The notes under the pieces were generated by a model, which was given only the letters and a program-made list of their open reading frames with translations, was not told where the DNA came from and ran no database searches. A stretch of DNA of 64,000 bases, taken from positions 1,061 to 65,060 of the IMG/VR virus record IMGVR_UViG_3300002835_000169, one strand, 5' to 3'. Shown here piece by piece: positions 25,759-35,985 of this stretch. The stretch comes from a virus (lineage: Duplodnaviria > Caudoviricetes). A program made the position numbers and the translations under genes. Each line of letters begins with the position of its first letter. The first letter of the stretch is position 1.

Positions 25759-27377
25759 TATTCCCCCTTTAAGAAACTCAAGAGACTTCCTACTGTTAAG
25801 TCTACGCCACCTTTTACGTTGATGCCTGTTCCATCCATAACAGCGTCTGCTACAGCGTTTTTTTGCATTAACATTTGGTGTTGTCTTTCCTCAATGGAGT
25901 TTAGCACGAGGAAGTCTTGTATGACAACATGGGACCAAGTACTGGAGGCGCGTCGGATGCGAGAGTTGCGTTGGACTGCGGTGCCAGAAGACCAGGGCAA
26001 GTCAAAGTTAACTAGCAAGTTTGCTTGAGGCAGGTCTACACCATAGCCTCCTGCATCGGAAGAAACAAGTACCCTAACTTCTTTAGAGGTTTGAAAAGAA
26101 GTTTTAGACTCTTCTTTTTCTTTTGCATTTAGCAGTCCTGAGTAGAGAGTGCTAACTATCTTTTTTGCAGTAAGTGCTTCTTGGATAAGGGGGAGCATAC
26201 CCAGGTAGCAAGTAAAGATGACCACCTTGTGGTCTTCATTTGCCTCTATGTGTTCTACTACATAGTTTATTACAGCGTCTAGCTTCGGAGATTTCGTCGC
26301 CTTTGCAAGAGCTCCAGAAGCTTCAAGACCAGCCACGTAAACACTGCCGCCTTTAGACCCTTCAAGGTTGACTTTTTCACCATCAATCTCCTGCCATCCA
26401 TTATGAAACTTAGTTGAACTTTCAACTAAAAGCTGTGGGGAATCACATAACATCCTTAAAGAAGTTATCTTAGACATTATGGAACCACGTAGCTTATCAG
26501 CTGGTCCTCCTGCTTTGTGGCCTTGTCCGTAGTGGGCGTCTAAAGAAAAAGAACCCCCTAGTAACTCTTGTGCGTCCATAAGCTCTTGTATCAAGTCTGA
26601 AGAAATCTTGGCATAAAGTTCTGCGCCAGCTTTGTCTAGGGGGATTAGGTAAGGCTCTAAATGGATTGTCTCTGGTAGGTGTGGAGCAACATCTGGGTCT
26701 TTCTGGGTTTTGCGTACCGCAACCTGCTTCATTTTTTCGTGGAAGATAGGTAGGTTGCGGTAACGTTGAACTCCACCAAAATGATTTCTTACAATAAAAG
26801 TTTGGTCAAATAAATCAAAGCGCCCTAAAACTGTTGGGTCAACAAACTGCATAATGCTATAGAGTTCTTCTGGGCGTCCGTTCTCAATAGGTGTACCTGT
26901 TAAGGCAAAACGAATTGGGACTTTACGTGCAAGTTCTTTTACTCGTTTTGACCGTTGAGAACGGAACCCTTTAATTGCAGTTGCCTCGTCGCAAACTACT
27001 GCGCCCCACTCATAGTCTTTGATAATATCCCAATCAGCCACGATAGTTTCATAGTTAGCAATTATGTACCCAGTGTGGTCTTCCCACGTCATATCTCTTT
27101 CCCAACGAATGAAACGAGTACCTTTGGAACCGTCAATTACGGAAGAGTAATCATCTGAAAACTTATTAATTTCTTTTTGCCACTGGTACTTCAAGCTAGA
27201 TAAAGCAATAACAAGTGTTGGCTTTGTTAACTCACCGTCTTCTTTTAGTTTCTCTAGTGCAGCAATAGTCATACAGGTTTTTCCTAAACCCATTTCATAG
27301 GCAACAAGCATCTTTTGACGAGACGCCATTTTCTTAACGTCTTCTACTTGATATGGTTTTAGCTCACCTTTGAACAT
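25758..27377 (-). CDS. SNF2-family helicase
   Basis: EMGLGKT, DEAT, LTGTPIEN, GVDL...QRNSRIRR. Confidence 0.92.
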   Translation of the reverse strand: MFKGELKPYQVEDVKKMASRQKMLVAYEMGLGKTCMTIAALEKLKEDGELTKPTLVIALSSLKYQWQKEINKFSDDYSSVIDGSKGTRFIRWERDMTWEDHTGYIIANYETIVADWDIIKDYEWGAVVCDEATAIKGFRSQRSKRVKELARKVPIRFALTGTPIENGRPEELYSIMQFVDPTVLGRFDLFDQTFIVRNHFGGVQRYRNLPIFHEKMKQVAVRKTQKDPDVAPHLPETIHLEPYLIPLDKAGAELYAKISSDLIQELMDAQELLGGSFSLDAHYGQGHKAGGPADKLRGSIMSKITSLRMLCDSPQLLVESSTKFHNGWQEIDGEKVNLEGSKGGSVYVAGLEASGALAKATKSPKLDAVINYVVEHIEANEDHKVVIFTCYLGMLPLIQEALTAKKIVSTLYSGLLNAKEKEESKTSFQTSKEVRVLVSSDAGGYGVDLPQANLLVNFDLPWSSGTAVQRNSRIRRASSTWSHVVIQDFLVLNSIEERQHQMLMQKNAVADAVMDGTGINVKGGVDLTVGSLLSFLKGE

Positions 27378-27549
27378 CTGGGTCATCCACAGGAGTAGGA
27401 GCTGTAAGCAAAGTTCCACAGTCACTGCACTCAGCGTCAGTAAACCACAATGCAATATCGTAATCCTCAAACATTGCTTTAATTTTTAACACTAGACACC
27501 CACAGTTAGGACAGGCGTGCGTTGGTACTCCACGAGCATCTAACGCCAT
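27364..27549 (-). CDS. small Zn-ribbon protein
   Basis: CPNC...CSDC. Confidence 0.7.
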   Translation of the reverse strand: MALDARGVPTHACPNCGCLVLKIKAMFEDYDIALWFTDAECSDCGTLLTAPTPVDDPDVQR

Positions 27550-28478
27550 ACGTAGGCTGCTTTGCCATAAATCATGTCACGAGCTGTATCAAGCCCTTGC
27601 CTTATCTCTGCTTCAGTCATATCTCCTGGGTCCTTTACATCAATACCTGTGTAGTTGAAGTAGGCCAATTCAATACCATACTTGCGAGCAAAACCACGCA
27701 TAAGTTCATTTGCGTGTATTCCAGCATCATCCTTATCAAAGGCTGCAATAACGCGGTCTGCTCTACGCATAATTTTTGCTTGCTCTTCACTGATGATTGC
27801 ACCATAGGTAGATATTGCTCCTGCAACCCCTGCGGAAGCAAGCCTTGCAACGTCTAGCGGAGACTCAACAACAACTAGTGTCTCCGTAGACATAACCTCT
27901 ACACCAAAGACGGTTCTTGATTTTTTAACACCTTGCGGCTGGTTACGGAAGAAACGACCACGTGCACCTTTTTCTTGCCATCCCCATAAAGAGTAATCGT
28001 TAGGCTCACGTATTGGGACAATCCAGGCTTCGTTAGCAGCATCCCATAGGACGCCGTGATGTCTTGCTGCTTCTGCACTGATATACCTCTTTCGTAGTTC
28101 TTTCTCTGGTGGCTCTGTGTACACCGCAAGACGAGCCTCTGACATCGCTATAGGTTCTTCAGTGGTGACATACTGTGGCAATTCACGGATACGCTTTAAC
28201 AGTACATCCACATCAAGCTCTGCACTAGAAGTTACATAATCTTTTGCATCAAAATAATCAATGCCTTTGATATCTGCAACCAACGTATACACGTTGCCTT
28301 TGTAACCACAGGAGAAGCAGATGTGTGCTCCAGTTACGGAGTTAATCCACCACGACGGATTGTGGTCTTCTTTTCCAGTGCGAGCTTTGTGCATTGGACA
28401 TAGCCCTTGTACCTCTTCACCTCTCTGAGAAACAAGGGGTATATCTAATGAAAGTAAAACTTTTTCTACATCAACCAT
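27540..28478 (-). CDS. DNA primase (CHC2 Zn finger + TOPRIM)
   Basis: CPMH...CFSC, VVESPLD, FDKDDAG, KDPGD. Confidence 0.92.
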   Translation of the reverse strand: MVDVEKVLLSLDIPLVSQRGEEVQGLCPMHKARTGKEDHNPSWWINSVTGAHICFSCGYKGNVYTLVADIKGIDYFDAKDYVTSSAELDVDVLLKRIRELPQYVTTEEPIAMSEARLAVYTEPPEKELRKRYISAEAARHHGVLWDAANEAWIVPIREPNDYSLWGWQEKGARGRFFRNQPQGVKKSRTVFGVEVMSTETLVVVESPLDVARLASAGVAGAISTYGAIISEEQAKIMRRADRVIAAFDKDDAGIHANELMRGFARKYGIELAYFNYTGIDVKDPGDMTEAEIRQGLDTARDMIYGKAAYVWR

Positions 28479-29724
28479 TGTTATCCCAGTTAGAACAGAA
28501 CTCACAACTCATCATTGCTGACTCATCGTGGAAGCATCCTGTCTCCCACTTCCAAGTTAGTGAGGTCTCTTTAGGAGGGCAGTTACGAGAAGCAACAACC
28601 TTTAATAGACGAATGGAATCATCTTCTTCTACTGGCTCTAAACCTAGAATTACATCTGAGTCTTGGAAGAAAGAAGATGAGTAACCGATGGAGTCTGCGG
28701 TAACTTTTCCAGCACGCATCTTCCACAGCAAAGTCTGGGTGGTAATAACAATTGGCTTGTCAATCTTTTGCGCTAAACGCTTGAGGGCACGGGTAATGTT
28801 TGTAATTGCTTGTGGTGTGTTCATCTCACCAGTCAAATCATCAAGCATCAAATACACACCGTCTACAAAAACAATGTCTGGCTTTAACTGCTCAATCTTT
28901 GCTGACAAAGCAGAGACAGTAATACCGTTTACTGCATCTACTAAATGAAAAGGATGTTCGGTTTCCATAGCATTCAACATATCAATGTATCTGGACTCTT
29001 CTTTCGGCAATAGCTTTCCGCGACGTAATCGTCCGTGGTCAATGTGAGAACGCATCGCGTCGTGGCGCTGTTGTTGCTCGTGATTGTTCATCTCAAATGA
29101 TTGGAACATAGGTGTCTTACCAAGTTTGTGAATATTTATAGCAACTTGTAATGCCACTTGAGACTTACCTGTCTTAGGTGGAGCAATGATGGTAACTAAC
29201 TGACCACCCTGTAGCCCTGCGGTTGCTTCGTCAATATCTTTAAACCCTGTAGGTATACCTAAGAACTCTTGATTCTGAATTGCTTGATATTCCTTGTAAC
29301 GCTCTTCTGTGTTCTTTGTTAAATCAATCTCGTGAGTACCAAGTACTCCTTGCTCATTAACTTTGGAAACAGTTTGTTCCATCGCAAGGATTGCAGCGTT
29401 GTGGTTGTTATCCTGCAACTGCTCAACCGCGTTTTCCAACCCCTGTCGTGTGAGCATACGACGGCGGAAGTCCACCATTGTGTCCAACAAGTAATCCATA
29501 CTGTCTTCAACATTGAGAACTTTGTAGTTTGGATAATGGTCAAGAACAGTTGTTGCCGTAGGAACTTCACTGTATTCACTGTAATGTTTACGGACAAACG
29601 TCCAAACTTTTCGGTTGTCGTCGTCTAAGAACCAAACATCCGTTATTCCACGTTGAAGTACAGGAGTAATCTCACGGTCTTTGATTACCTTGCTAACTAA
29701 CCTATGTTCGTTATCTGCTGCCAA
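28471..29724 (-). CDS. dnaB: DnaB-like replicative helicase
   Basis: IPTGF, APPKTGKS, SFEM, VFVDG, QDSD. Confidence 0.93.
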   Translation of the reverse strand: MAADNEHRLVSKVIKDREITPVLQRGITDVWFLDDDNRKVWTFVRKHYSEYSEVPTATTVLDHYPNYKVLNVEDSMDYLLDTMVDFRRRMLTRQGLENAVEQLQDNNHNAAILAMEQTVSKVNEQGVLGTHEIDLTKNTEERYKEYQAIQNQEFLGIPTGFKDIDEATAGLQGGQLVTIIAPPKTGKSQVALQVAINIHKLGKTPMFQSFEMNNHEQQQRHDAMRSHIDHGRLRRGKLLPKEESRYIDMLNAMETEHPFHLVDAVNGITVSALSAKIEQLKPDIVFVDGVYLMLDDLTGEMNTPQAITNITRALKRLAQKIDKPIVITTQTLLWKMRAGKVTADSIGYSSSFFQDSDVILGLEPVEEDDSIRLLKVVASRNCPPKETSLTWKWETGCFHDESAMMSCEFCSNWDNNG

Positions 29725-29841
29725 TTACTTCCACCGCTCCCCGCATGTTTGACATTGTAAATACGAATTTCCATGCACCCAAATACGTGCAATGTCATTT
29801 GAACGACACATTTTACAATTTGTGTTTGCAATACTGAACAT
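29725..29841 (-). CDS. 38-aa Zn-ribbon peptide
   Basis: MFSIANTNCKMC...CQTCGERWK; GGAGG SD. Confidence 0.65.
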   Translation of the reverse strand: MFSIANTNCKMCRSNDIARIWVHGNSYLQCQTCGERWK

Positions 29842-29859
29842 AGCGCCCTCCCTCAAGGA

Positions 29860-30276
29860 CTAGATGTTGTCTAACTGTACTCCTGCCGAGCCATACATAG
29901 CGACTCGGCTTGGAACATCTATTACAGCCTTAAGATTAGCACGATATGGCAGAGCACCTACCAACTCGTGTGGGTCCTCGTAAAGTTGCCAATAGTTAAA
30001 GGGATTAACAACCCTGCGCTCAAGTTTCTCAAAGGCTTTATCAAGGAGCTCTTCTGTCCAGCCTTCGCTCTCAAAGCCAGCTAGCTCTAAAGAAAATGCA
30101 TAGTTGTTTGACAGGTGCCACAGCTTGTTAGCTGCAAGTAAATCAATATCTCCTACCGCAAAAGAAGTCTTCTTCACCAAAAGACGTTTAGAGACTTCTT
30201 CTTTTAGTTTGAGAGCTACGTCTGTTACACAGACTACCTGCGGAGAGGAGACGTTGGAAATGTCTCCGTTTTTCAT
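29860..30276 (-). CDS. hypothetical protein
   Basis: 138 aa. Confidence 0.7.
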   Translation of the reverse strand: MKNGDISNVSSPQVVCVTDVALKLKEEVSKRLLVKKTSFAVGDIDLLAANKLWHLSNNYAFSLELAGFESEGWTEELLDKAFEKLERRVVNPFNYWQLYEDPHELVGALPYRANLKAVIDVPSRVAMYGSAGVQLDNI

Positions 30277-30563
30277 ATAACTTCTATCGTCGCGTAGTTA
30301 ACTACGAACTCACGGAACTTCTTAGGGTCTTCGCTAGCCTCGTATGCCCACTCTTCTGGCACTGAGTTAGGGACATTGATTGAGTAATGACCTGTGCTTT
30401 TAATCTTATTGTTTACAAAGGAGGTGTGTTTGCAAGTGCTCTTCTTAGTCCACACTGGGCAGTTGCAACGGGTTTGCTTGGACTTAGTCTCTAACTCAAC
30501 CTCAAATACGCCCACGCCTTGGGCAGAGATGAACTGCTGAACAGTCATCCACTCTGCTTTCAT
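30273..30563 (-). CDS. SWIM Zn-finger protein
   Basis: CNC...CKH. Confidence 0.75.
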   Translation of the reverse strand: MKAEWMTVQQFISAQGVGVFEVELETKSKQTRCNCPVWTKKSTCKHTSFVNNKIKSTGHYSINVPNSVPEEWAYEASEDPKKFREFVVNYATIEVI

Positions 30564-30574
30564 GCTTGGTCCTT

Positions 30575-31297
30575 TCATTGGGCACCTCTTAGGTCTGAAC
30601 CTAGTATAGGCACTCTTATAAACGCTTCGTTAGCAAAACTCGCCATTGCTTCGCTGTACTGCGATTCCCAATTTTCTAAACGAACATTGGTAGTAACAAT
30701 TGTAGGTAATCCCTTGTCGTAGCGCAGTCTTAGAATCTCATCAAATGATGTGTCGTCATACTTAGACCCGTATTCTTTACCTAAATCATCAAGTATTAAT
30801 ACTCTGACGTTTAACCAGTCAAAACGGCAACGACCGTGAAACCCATCTAACTCATAGCTCATCTCTCTTTTATCTTCGCCATCCATATCAAAAGTTGACT
30901 TCTTACGAGATAAGAACTCTGGATAAGTCATATAGTAAACAGGGCGAAACTTTAACCCGTACTCAGTTGAGTTTAACCCCAATAGTTTGCTTGCTAAAGC
31001 ATCGTCGTCTGGAAGGTTACGGACAATCTCCATCGCTGCAACAACAGCGTGAGTTGTTTTACCAAGACCAGGACCGCCGTCAAAGACAAGACCTACGCCG
31101 TTTACACCGATGTTCCCAATACTTTTAATGACCTGACCTGAAGTCACATCATCAACCCACGAAGATACCTCTCCTGGGAATGACCCTACTTTCTCAGTAA
31201 TGTCACTTGGTTCTAGCCCTATAAATCTGCGTGGAATGTTTGAAGTCCGCAGTAGCCAGTGCTTTTTTAATGGAGACAAAGTGTTGATGTCATACAT
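30575..31297 (-). CDS. DnaC/IstB-like ATPase (helicase loader)
   Basis: GGPGLGKT, LILDDLGKE, PTIVTTN. Confidence 0.9.
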   Translation of the reverse strand: MYDINTLSPLKKHWLLRTSNIPRRFIGLEPSDITEKVGSFPGEVSSWVDDVTSGQVIKSIGNIGVNGVGLVFDGGPGLGKTTHAVVAAMEIVRNLPDDDALASKLLGLNSTEYGLKFRPVYYMTYPEFLSRKKSTFDMDGEDKREMSYELDGFHGRCRFDWLNVRVLILDDLGKEYGSKYDDTSFDEILRLRYDKGLPTIVTTNVRLENWESQYSEAMASFANEAFIRVPILGSDLRGAQ

Positions 31298-31445
31298 CTG
31301 TGTTACCCCCCAATTCTTTTTCTAACTTTATTCGGCCAGCATCCGTTATGGCAAACCGAGGATTTAAGTCTTCATCGTAGTCAACTGAAACAAGCCCTAA
31401 TGCAAATAAATTCATTAGGGCTTGCTCTAGTTCGTCTTCTTCCAA
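31290..31445 (-). CDS. 51-aa hypothetical protein
   Basis: Translated manually: (M)EEDELEQALMNLFALGLVSVDYDE...; fills the gap. Confidence 0.55.
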   Translation of the reverse strand: MEEDELEQALMNLFALGLVSVDYDEDLNPRFAITDAGRIKLEKELGGNTDV

Positions 31446-31589
31446 TTACTTGTCTTCGTTTTCCTTAAGCCAAGCAGCAAAAGCAATTTGCGTTTCTGCT
31501 TCTGGAACTGAGTGTTCTTCAAGGTATTCCAAGAAGTCTGCGTCCTTTGTAAGGTCAGCAAGTGGTTCTGAATAAGCTAGTGGATTCAT
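31446..31589 (-). CDS. 47-aa acidic protein
   Basis: MNPLAYSEPLADL...WLKENEDK; TAATG coupling. Confidence 0.6.
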   Translation of the reverse strand: MNPLAYSEPLADLTKDADFLEYLEEHSVPEAETQIAFAAWLKENEDK

Positions 31590-31897
31590 TATGCTTTAAA
31601 CTCCAGTACTCCAACGAAAGCCGTTGGCTTGTCAGTTGTTTTATCAACTTTAGTTGCTTCTAACTTTACGCTTTTGCGAGGTGTCATTGCTAACACCTGT
31701 GATTTAATCCAACGCTTACCTGCTGATGCATTTTTCCAAGCTGCTTCTGCACTTACAGCCTCTGCTGGTTGCATTGAGTTGGGATTGTCATCATCAATCA
31801 TTGGAGTAAGAAGGCTGACGTTAGCCAACCATGCGCCACCTTGTTCGGTGTTTAGTGTAAGTGTTGCTGTAAACTTTTTAGTAATCTTTTTTGCCAC
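31589..31897 (-). CDS. hypothetical protein
   Basis: 102 aa, AAGGAG SD. Confidence 0.7.
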   Translation of the reverse strand: MAKKITKKFTATLTLNTEQGGAWLANVSLLTPMIDDDNPNSMQPAEAVSAEAAWKNASAGKRWIKSQVLAMTPRKSVKLEATKVDKTTDKPTAFVGVLEFKA

Positions 31898-31899
31898 GT

Positions 31900-32865
31900 T
31901 TAGTTCTCCTTGCCTTTCAATCGTTTTTCATGTCGCTCTAGTTGTGCACGTCCACTCAAAGAGTTCTGGAACACACGACCGTCACTGGAGCTGAGAGTAC
32001 CAGATGCTGGGGTGGTCTCAACTTTAGCAGTAACTTTGTTTAGTCCAAGGTTCTCTCTTGCTTGGTTCATCTTCGTGCCGAAGGAGGCAAGGTACTTCTT
32101 GTAAAGGTGAGGAGCCTCATCCCCAATATCTTTAAAGTTACGCTCATCCTGCAGGAACAGCCTAAGCAGTTCAAGCTCTATGAGCGGGGTTGTTCCGTAC
32201 TGCGTTCTGAACTTTCTGAGCGCACCAGATAGTTGTTTGACGGAAACAGTTCCTGGAAGTAGCGGGTATTTGCGGCCCACTTGGTAACTAAACTCTGCAG
32301 CAACATCCATCGCTGTCCACTCGTGCTCTGGTCGCTTACCTCTGGTCTTAGGGTCGCTCTTTCGTATCTTCGGCTGCGGGGCGTCTTTTGGTTCAACGAG
32401 TCCAAAACCTGCAAGAGAGTCTCCATCATCTTCCCATCTTCTCATAGGAACCCTTATCTCCTTTGTGAAACCTACGGTTTCAGATTCTTTTAATTTATAA
32501 CTAGATTGGCTATTAGGTACTAATAGCTTATTAGCTATACTGCTATGTGACTTATAGTCATGTGAGGTGCGGTAATTTTCTACCAACTCCTGCTTTTCTT
32601 CTTGGTAATTTTTTACCATAATTTTCTTCCGTCCCTGGTAACCGTTAGCACGCTTAGTCTGGGAAGTCTCAATAAGCCCCGATGCCTCTAGGCCTTGCAA
32701 GGCGCTACGGATGGTCTTGTCGCTTGATTTGCCAGTCTCTACACAGAGCTGGGCTACTGTGGTCTCTACGAGCCCGCCAGGGCCTGCAGAACGGCACAAT
32801 ATGGCGAAGAGACGGAACTGGAAATCCGTTATCTTGGCTGAATAGGCTTCTGACGGGATGTACAC
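31900..32865 (-). CDS. replication initiator-like winged-HTH protein
   Basis: N-terminal wHTH (TVAQLCVETG..DKTIRSALQGLEASGLI), upstream of the DnaC-like loader. Confidence 0.7.
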   Translation of the reverse strand: MYIPSEAYSAKITDFQFRLFAILCRSAGPGGLVETTVAQLCVETGKSSDKTIRSALQGLEASGLIETSQTKRANGYQGRKKIMVKNYQEEKQELVENYRTSHDYKSHSSIANKLLVPNSQSSYKLKESETVGFTKEIRVPMRRWEDDGDSLAGFGLVEPKDAPQPKIRKSDPKTRGKRPEHEWTAMDVAAEFSYQVGRKYPLLPGTVSVKQLSGALRKFRTQYGTTPLIELELLRLFLQDERNFKDIGDEAPHLYKKYLASFGTKMNQARENLGLNKVTAKVETTPASGTLSSSDGRVFQNSLSGRAQLERHEKRLKGKEN

Positions 32866-32874
32866 AGGCTTTGC

Positions 32875-33468
32875 CTACTCCTCATCATCAAAGGGTGAAA
32901 TGTCTTTTTTGTCTATCTGCTCATTTAGGTGCTGCACAACTGCTTGACCTAACGATTCCATAACTGTGCTGGCTATGAAGGCTGCCATCATATCTACAAA
33001 AACTCCTAGAGCCTTGTGCATACCATCGTGGAGGTCATCTGGGTCCATACCTAAGAACGGGTTCTCGTCCATTTCAATCGGGTCCATCCCATCAGTTATA
33101 TCCCAAGTGTCTAAAGCCAAATCTTCAACCGTATGGATGATGAGGTGGTCAGTGAGGCTATCTGTCCAAACAATCCCTACTGCATCCCCAATAGATAGCT
33201 GTCGTAACAGGTCGTTCACTGGGTCTTCACAAACTACAAAAGAGTCAACTTGTTTAATGATGTGGCCTACATCTGTAGCATCGCTTAGGAAAGCAGTTAC
33301 TTTAACCTGGTTCTCTAAACACTTTCGTATAATGCTTTGAGAAAAGTCATCATAGTCTGTCTTTACTGGAAAAAGTACTTCGGGCGATTGTTCAGAGTAC
33401 TTCGTGAGAAGTTGGTCAATGCCAAGTGCGACGTCCAAATCATCGTCTGAAAAGATAGCTATTTTCAT
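32875..33468 (-). CDS. acidic hypothetical protein
   Basis: 197 aa. Confidence 0.7.
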   Translation of the reverse strand: MKIAIFSDDDLDVALGIDQLLTKYSEQSPEVLFPVKTDYDDFSQSIIRKCLENQVKVTAFLSDATDVGHIIKQVDSFVVCEDPVNDLLRQLSIGDAVGIVWTDSLTDHLIIHTVEDLALDTWDITDGMDPIEMDENPFLGMDPDDLHDGMHKALGVFVDMMAAFIASTVMESLGQAVVQHLNEQIDKKDISPFDDEE

Positions 33469-33475
33469 TATGCTC

Positions 33476-33751
33476 CTAGAGAGGTGGTAGTCGTCTTGGT
33501 GATTGAATTGTTATCGGTTTATTAATGTACTTATTGATGAGTAAAGCTATAAAAGACACTGCTGGAACAGAGACAGCAAACTTTAAGTTAACTTCATAAA
33601 AGCACAGTAGCGCACCAAAGCTTAATGGCAATGAAAGAAATGCATATAGTTTCTCTTTGCTTATTAACCGCCCTAAGCCAAGAGATATAAGTTCAATAGT
33701 GAAAGTTACTGCTAACCCCGATAGGAGTACTGCTATAAGTAGGTTGACCAT
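33476..33751 (-). CDS. small multi-pass membrane protein (holin-like)
   Basis: Three hydrophobic segments, 91 aa, end of tail module. Confidence 0.55.
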   Translation of the reverse strand: MVNLLIAVLLSGLAVTFTIELISLGLGRLISKEKLYAFLSLPLSFGALLCFYEVNLKFAVSVPAVSFIALLINKYINKPITIQSPRRLPPL

Positions 33752-33760
33752 AGGCGCATA

Positions 33761-35977
33761 CTACACCGCTGTTAGGTTTGTATACTCCAAGCCTTCGTAG
33801 GTTCTAATTCTCCAAAATAGGTTTTGAGGAATCCAATCCTTAAGGGTGTAACCAAGGCGAGGCAACTTAAGTGGCTTGCTATTGTATACTGAAGAGTAAG
33901 AGTCACCAACAGCACCCTGCCAGACGGCACCAAATGGGTTACCGCTAATTGAAGATAGACTTCCATCAAAGTAGTCAGTTGCTTTAGGAGACTTCTCTGC
34001 TTGAATTGAGTCTAAGAAGACAGTGTTTGCACCCGTTCCAGAGAAAACCATCTCTAAAGTAGAGATACCTGTATTGCTTCCTACGAGGACTGTGTAGGAA
34101 TCACGCACCCAACTTGTAGACAAACCAACTGTGTAAGGAGGAGGGGCATTTACTGTTACCACTGCCCCTAAGTCATCTTTAGCAACAATAGAAAGAGTTA
34201 AATTAGCTGTTGCTTTTTTGTAGAACGAGAAGGTATAAAACTGACCTTCTTCAACAGGAAAAGAATTAGAAGTAAACGACCATGCACCACTTGTATTTAC
34301 TAACTTAGCGCTGTGTTCACCAGAGTAAGAGCCTGTTGGTTCATCAGTGTCTTTAGTTACAGTTAGATTAGCCCCAACTTTTGTCCAACTGTTTGTTACG
34401 TTTGTTTCAAAAGTTGGATTATTAATAAAGTTTGTTTTGTTTGGATTTAAAAAGATATCAAGTGCACGAGCTTCGTCGTATGCAATAGTTTGCCCACTTT
34501 GAACACAGACCATATCTACAAAGTAAGTTCCAGCAGCAGACCACGCTAGCTCTATACCTGCATATACAGAATCTGTTCCAGAGTTAGTAACTAAAGCTGT
34601 TGTAGTGGTTGTACCTGTCACAGCAGCCGTTACTGTAAAAGTATTAGTTGTAGGTACTGTTGCTATTGTAGCTCCCGTTAAGTTAAACGCCGTATCTGGA
34701 GCAATAAATCCAGCAATTGTGACTACTTCTCCAGCAATAAGATTGTGCGGTTCTGATGTTGTGTAAGTTATTGTTCCAGAAGCTCCTGTAGCAAAGTCCA
34801 CAGACACAGACACGTTCTTAGTGGCTCTAGCGCTTACAGATGCTTGCGCGTAAGTGTTTGTTGCGTTAGTTGCTGAGCCAGAAACAGTGCTTCCTATTTG
34901 AGTTCCGTTACCATCATAGTATGTAATCTTTGGGGTTATAGTTCCAGCACTTGCAGGTGACTTTACTTGCGCAGATAAAGAGTAATAAGTTGCAGTAGAT
35001 ACAGGTATGCCTTTACGTACAGGGTCTACATCTCCTAGCTTCATTGACCCAGCACCTGTAGCAACAATTTTGCACGAGTAGGTTAAATCAATGTTGTTTG
35101 AGTTAGTTGGTGGGGTTTGTTCTGTGCTTGAGGATATCGTGGCACCTGTTGCAACCCAATTACCTGTTGATTTGTAGAAAGTTGAGTCTTGAGGAGTTAG
35201 CATTAAGTTTTTAGACATCGTCAAAGTTGGTGCGTAACCCGTTAGGGACTCAACATAAGTTCCTAGCCCATTTAGAGTTCCTTTATTGTTATACATATAT
35301 ACAGACTCACGAATTAACTGTTTTTGATTTTTTACTGGTAAACCAGGTTCGTTTAAAAGCCCAAAGTTAGCTACTTCTAATGGAAGCATTGAAGCAACAG
35401 TTGCTACACGTGTGTGGTCAGGAAGTAGCAGGTCTAAATAGGTTATTGCTTCATCTAAATCAAAACCGTACGCGTCAAGAAACGTAGCTAAAGCTGAGGT
35501 ATAATCAATAGGAGAAAGAGGGCTCTGCTCTTTACTAGTGAAAACTCTAGGCAAAAGTTCTAAGAGTTTTTCTGCGGTTTTATGGTCTGTAGGAACTATA
35601 CCTTCAATAGAGCCAGCGTCTACCCAGGATTTTCCAGGGTCTGTAAACAAAAACAGTTTATAGTAAAGAGGTTTTCCAGGAACAAGGGCTGGAGTTGACG
35701 CTAAGTCTTCTACTCCACCTCCGTCGTTAAACATGGTTTTAGTAAGCGTTGTTGTACTAGCCTCATAAACAATGATTCCGTCTTCCGCTGTTTCTGGGTA
35801 GCTACTTTGGTTACGTACCAGTCTTACTGCGGAGTATGTTCCTGTTGGAGTTTGCCAGTACACGTAAGACTCGTGAAAGTCCGTGACAAGTAACGTCATC
35901 GGCTCAACAGAATACGCAAGTAGAGGGCTAATGCCGTACTTAGATATTCCATAGATTGCATTACCGTAATTAGCCAT
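33761..35977 (-). CDS. baseplate wedge/tail protein with carbohydrate-binding-like domains
   Basis: YNNKGTLNGL (P2 gpI-like), NPTFE...W beta-sandwich repeats. Confidence 0.75.
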   Translation of the reverse strand: MANYGNAIYGISKYGISPLLAYSVEPMTLLVTDFHESYVYWQTPTGTYSAVRLVRNQSSYPETAEDGIIVYEASTTTLTKTMFNDGGGVEDLASTPALVPGKPLYYKLFLFTDPGKSWVDAGSIEGIVPTDHKTAEKLLELLPRVFTSKEQSPLSPIDYTSALATFLDAYGFDLDEAITYLDLLLPDHTRVATVASMLPLEVANFGLLNEPGLPVKNQKQLIRESVYMYNNKGTLNGLGTYVESLTGYAPTLTMSKNLMLTPQDSTFYKSTGNWVATGATISSSTEQTPPTNSNNIDLTYSCKIVATGAGSMKLGDVDPVRKGIPVSTATYYSLSAQVKSPASAGTITPKITYYDGNGTQIGSTVSGSATNATNTYAQASVSARATKNVSVSVDFATGASGTITYTTSEPHNLIAGEVVTIAGFIAPDTAFNLTGATIATVPTTNTFTVTAAVTGTTTTTALVTNSGTDSVYAGIELAWSAAGTYFVDMVCVQSGQTIAYDEARALDIFLNPNKTNFINNPTFETNVTNSWTKVGANLTVTKDTDEPTGSYSGEHSAKLVNTSGAWSFTSNSFPVEEGQFYTFSFYKKATANLTLSIVAKDDLGAVVTVNAPPPYTVGLSTSWVRDSYTVLVGSNTGISTLEMVFSGTGANTVFLDSIQAEKSPKATDYFDGSLSSISGNPFGAVWQGAVGDSYSSVYNSKPLKLPRLGYTLKDWIPQNLFWRIRTYEGLEYTNLTAV

Positions 35978-35985
35978 TTAAAATC

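Noticed and set aside
6444-29724. Inteins or introns in nrdJ, recA, polA, dnaB
   Set aside because: Lengths are normal and there are no splice-junction motifs or frame breaks.
31290-31445. Fusion of the 51-aa ORF to the DnaC-like gene via a G6 run
   Set aside because: The DnaC-like ORF has its own ATG overlapping the upstream stop, so no frameshift is needed.
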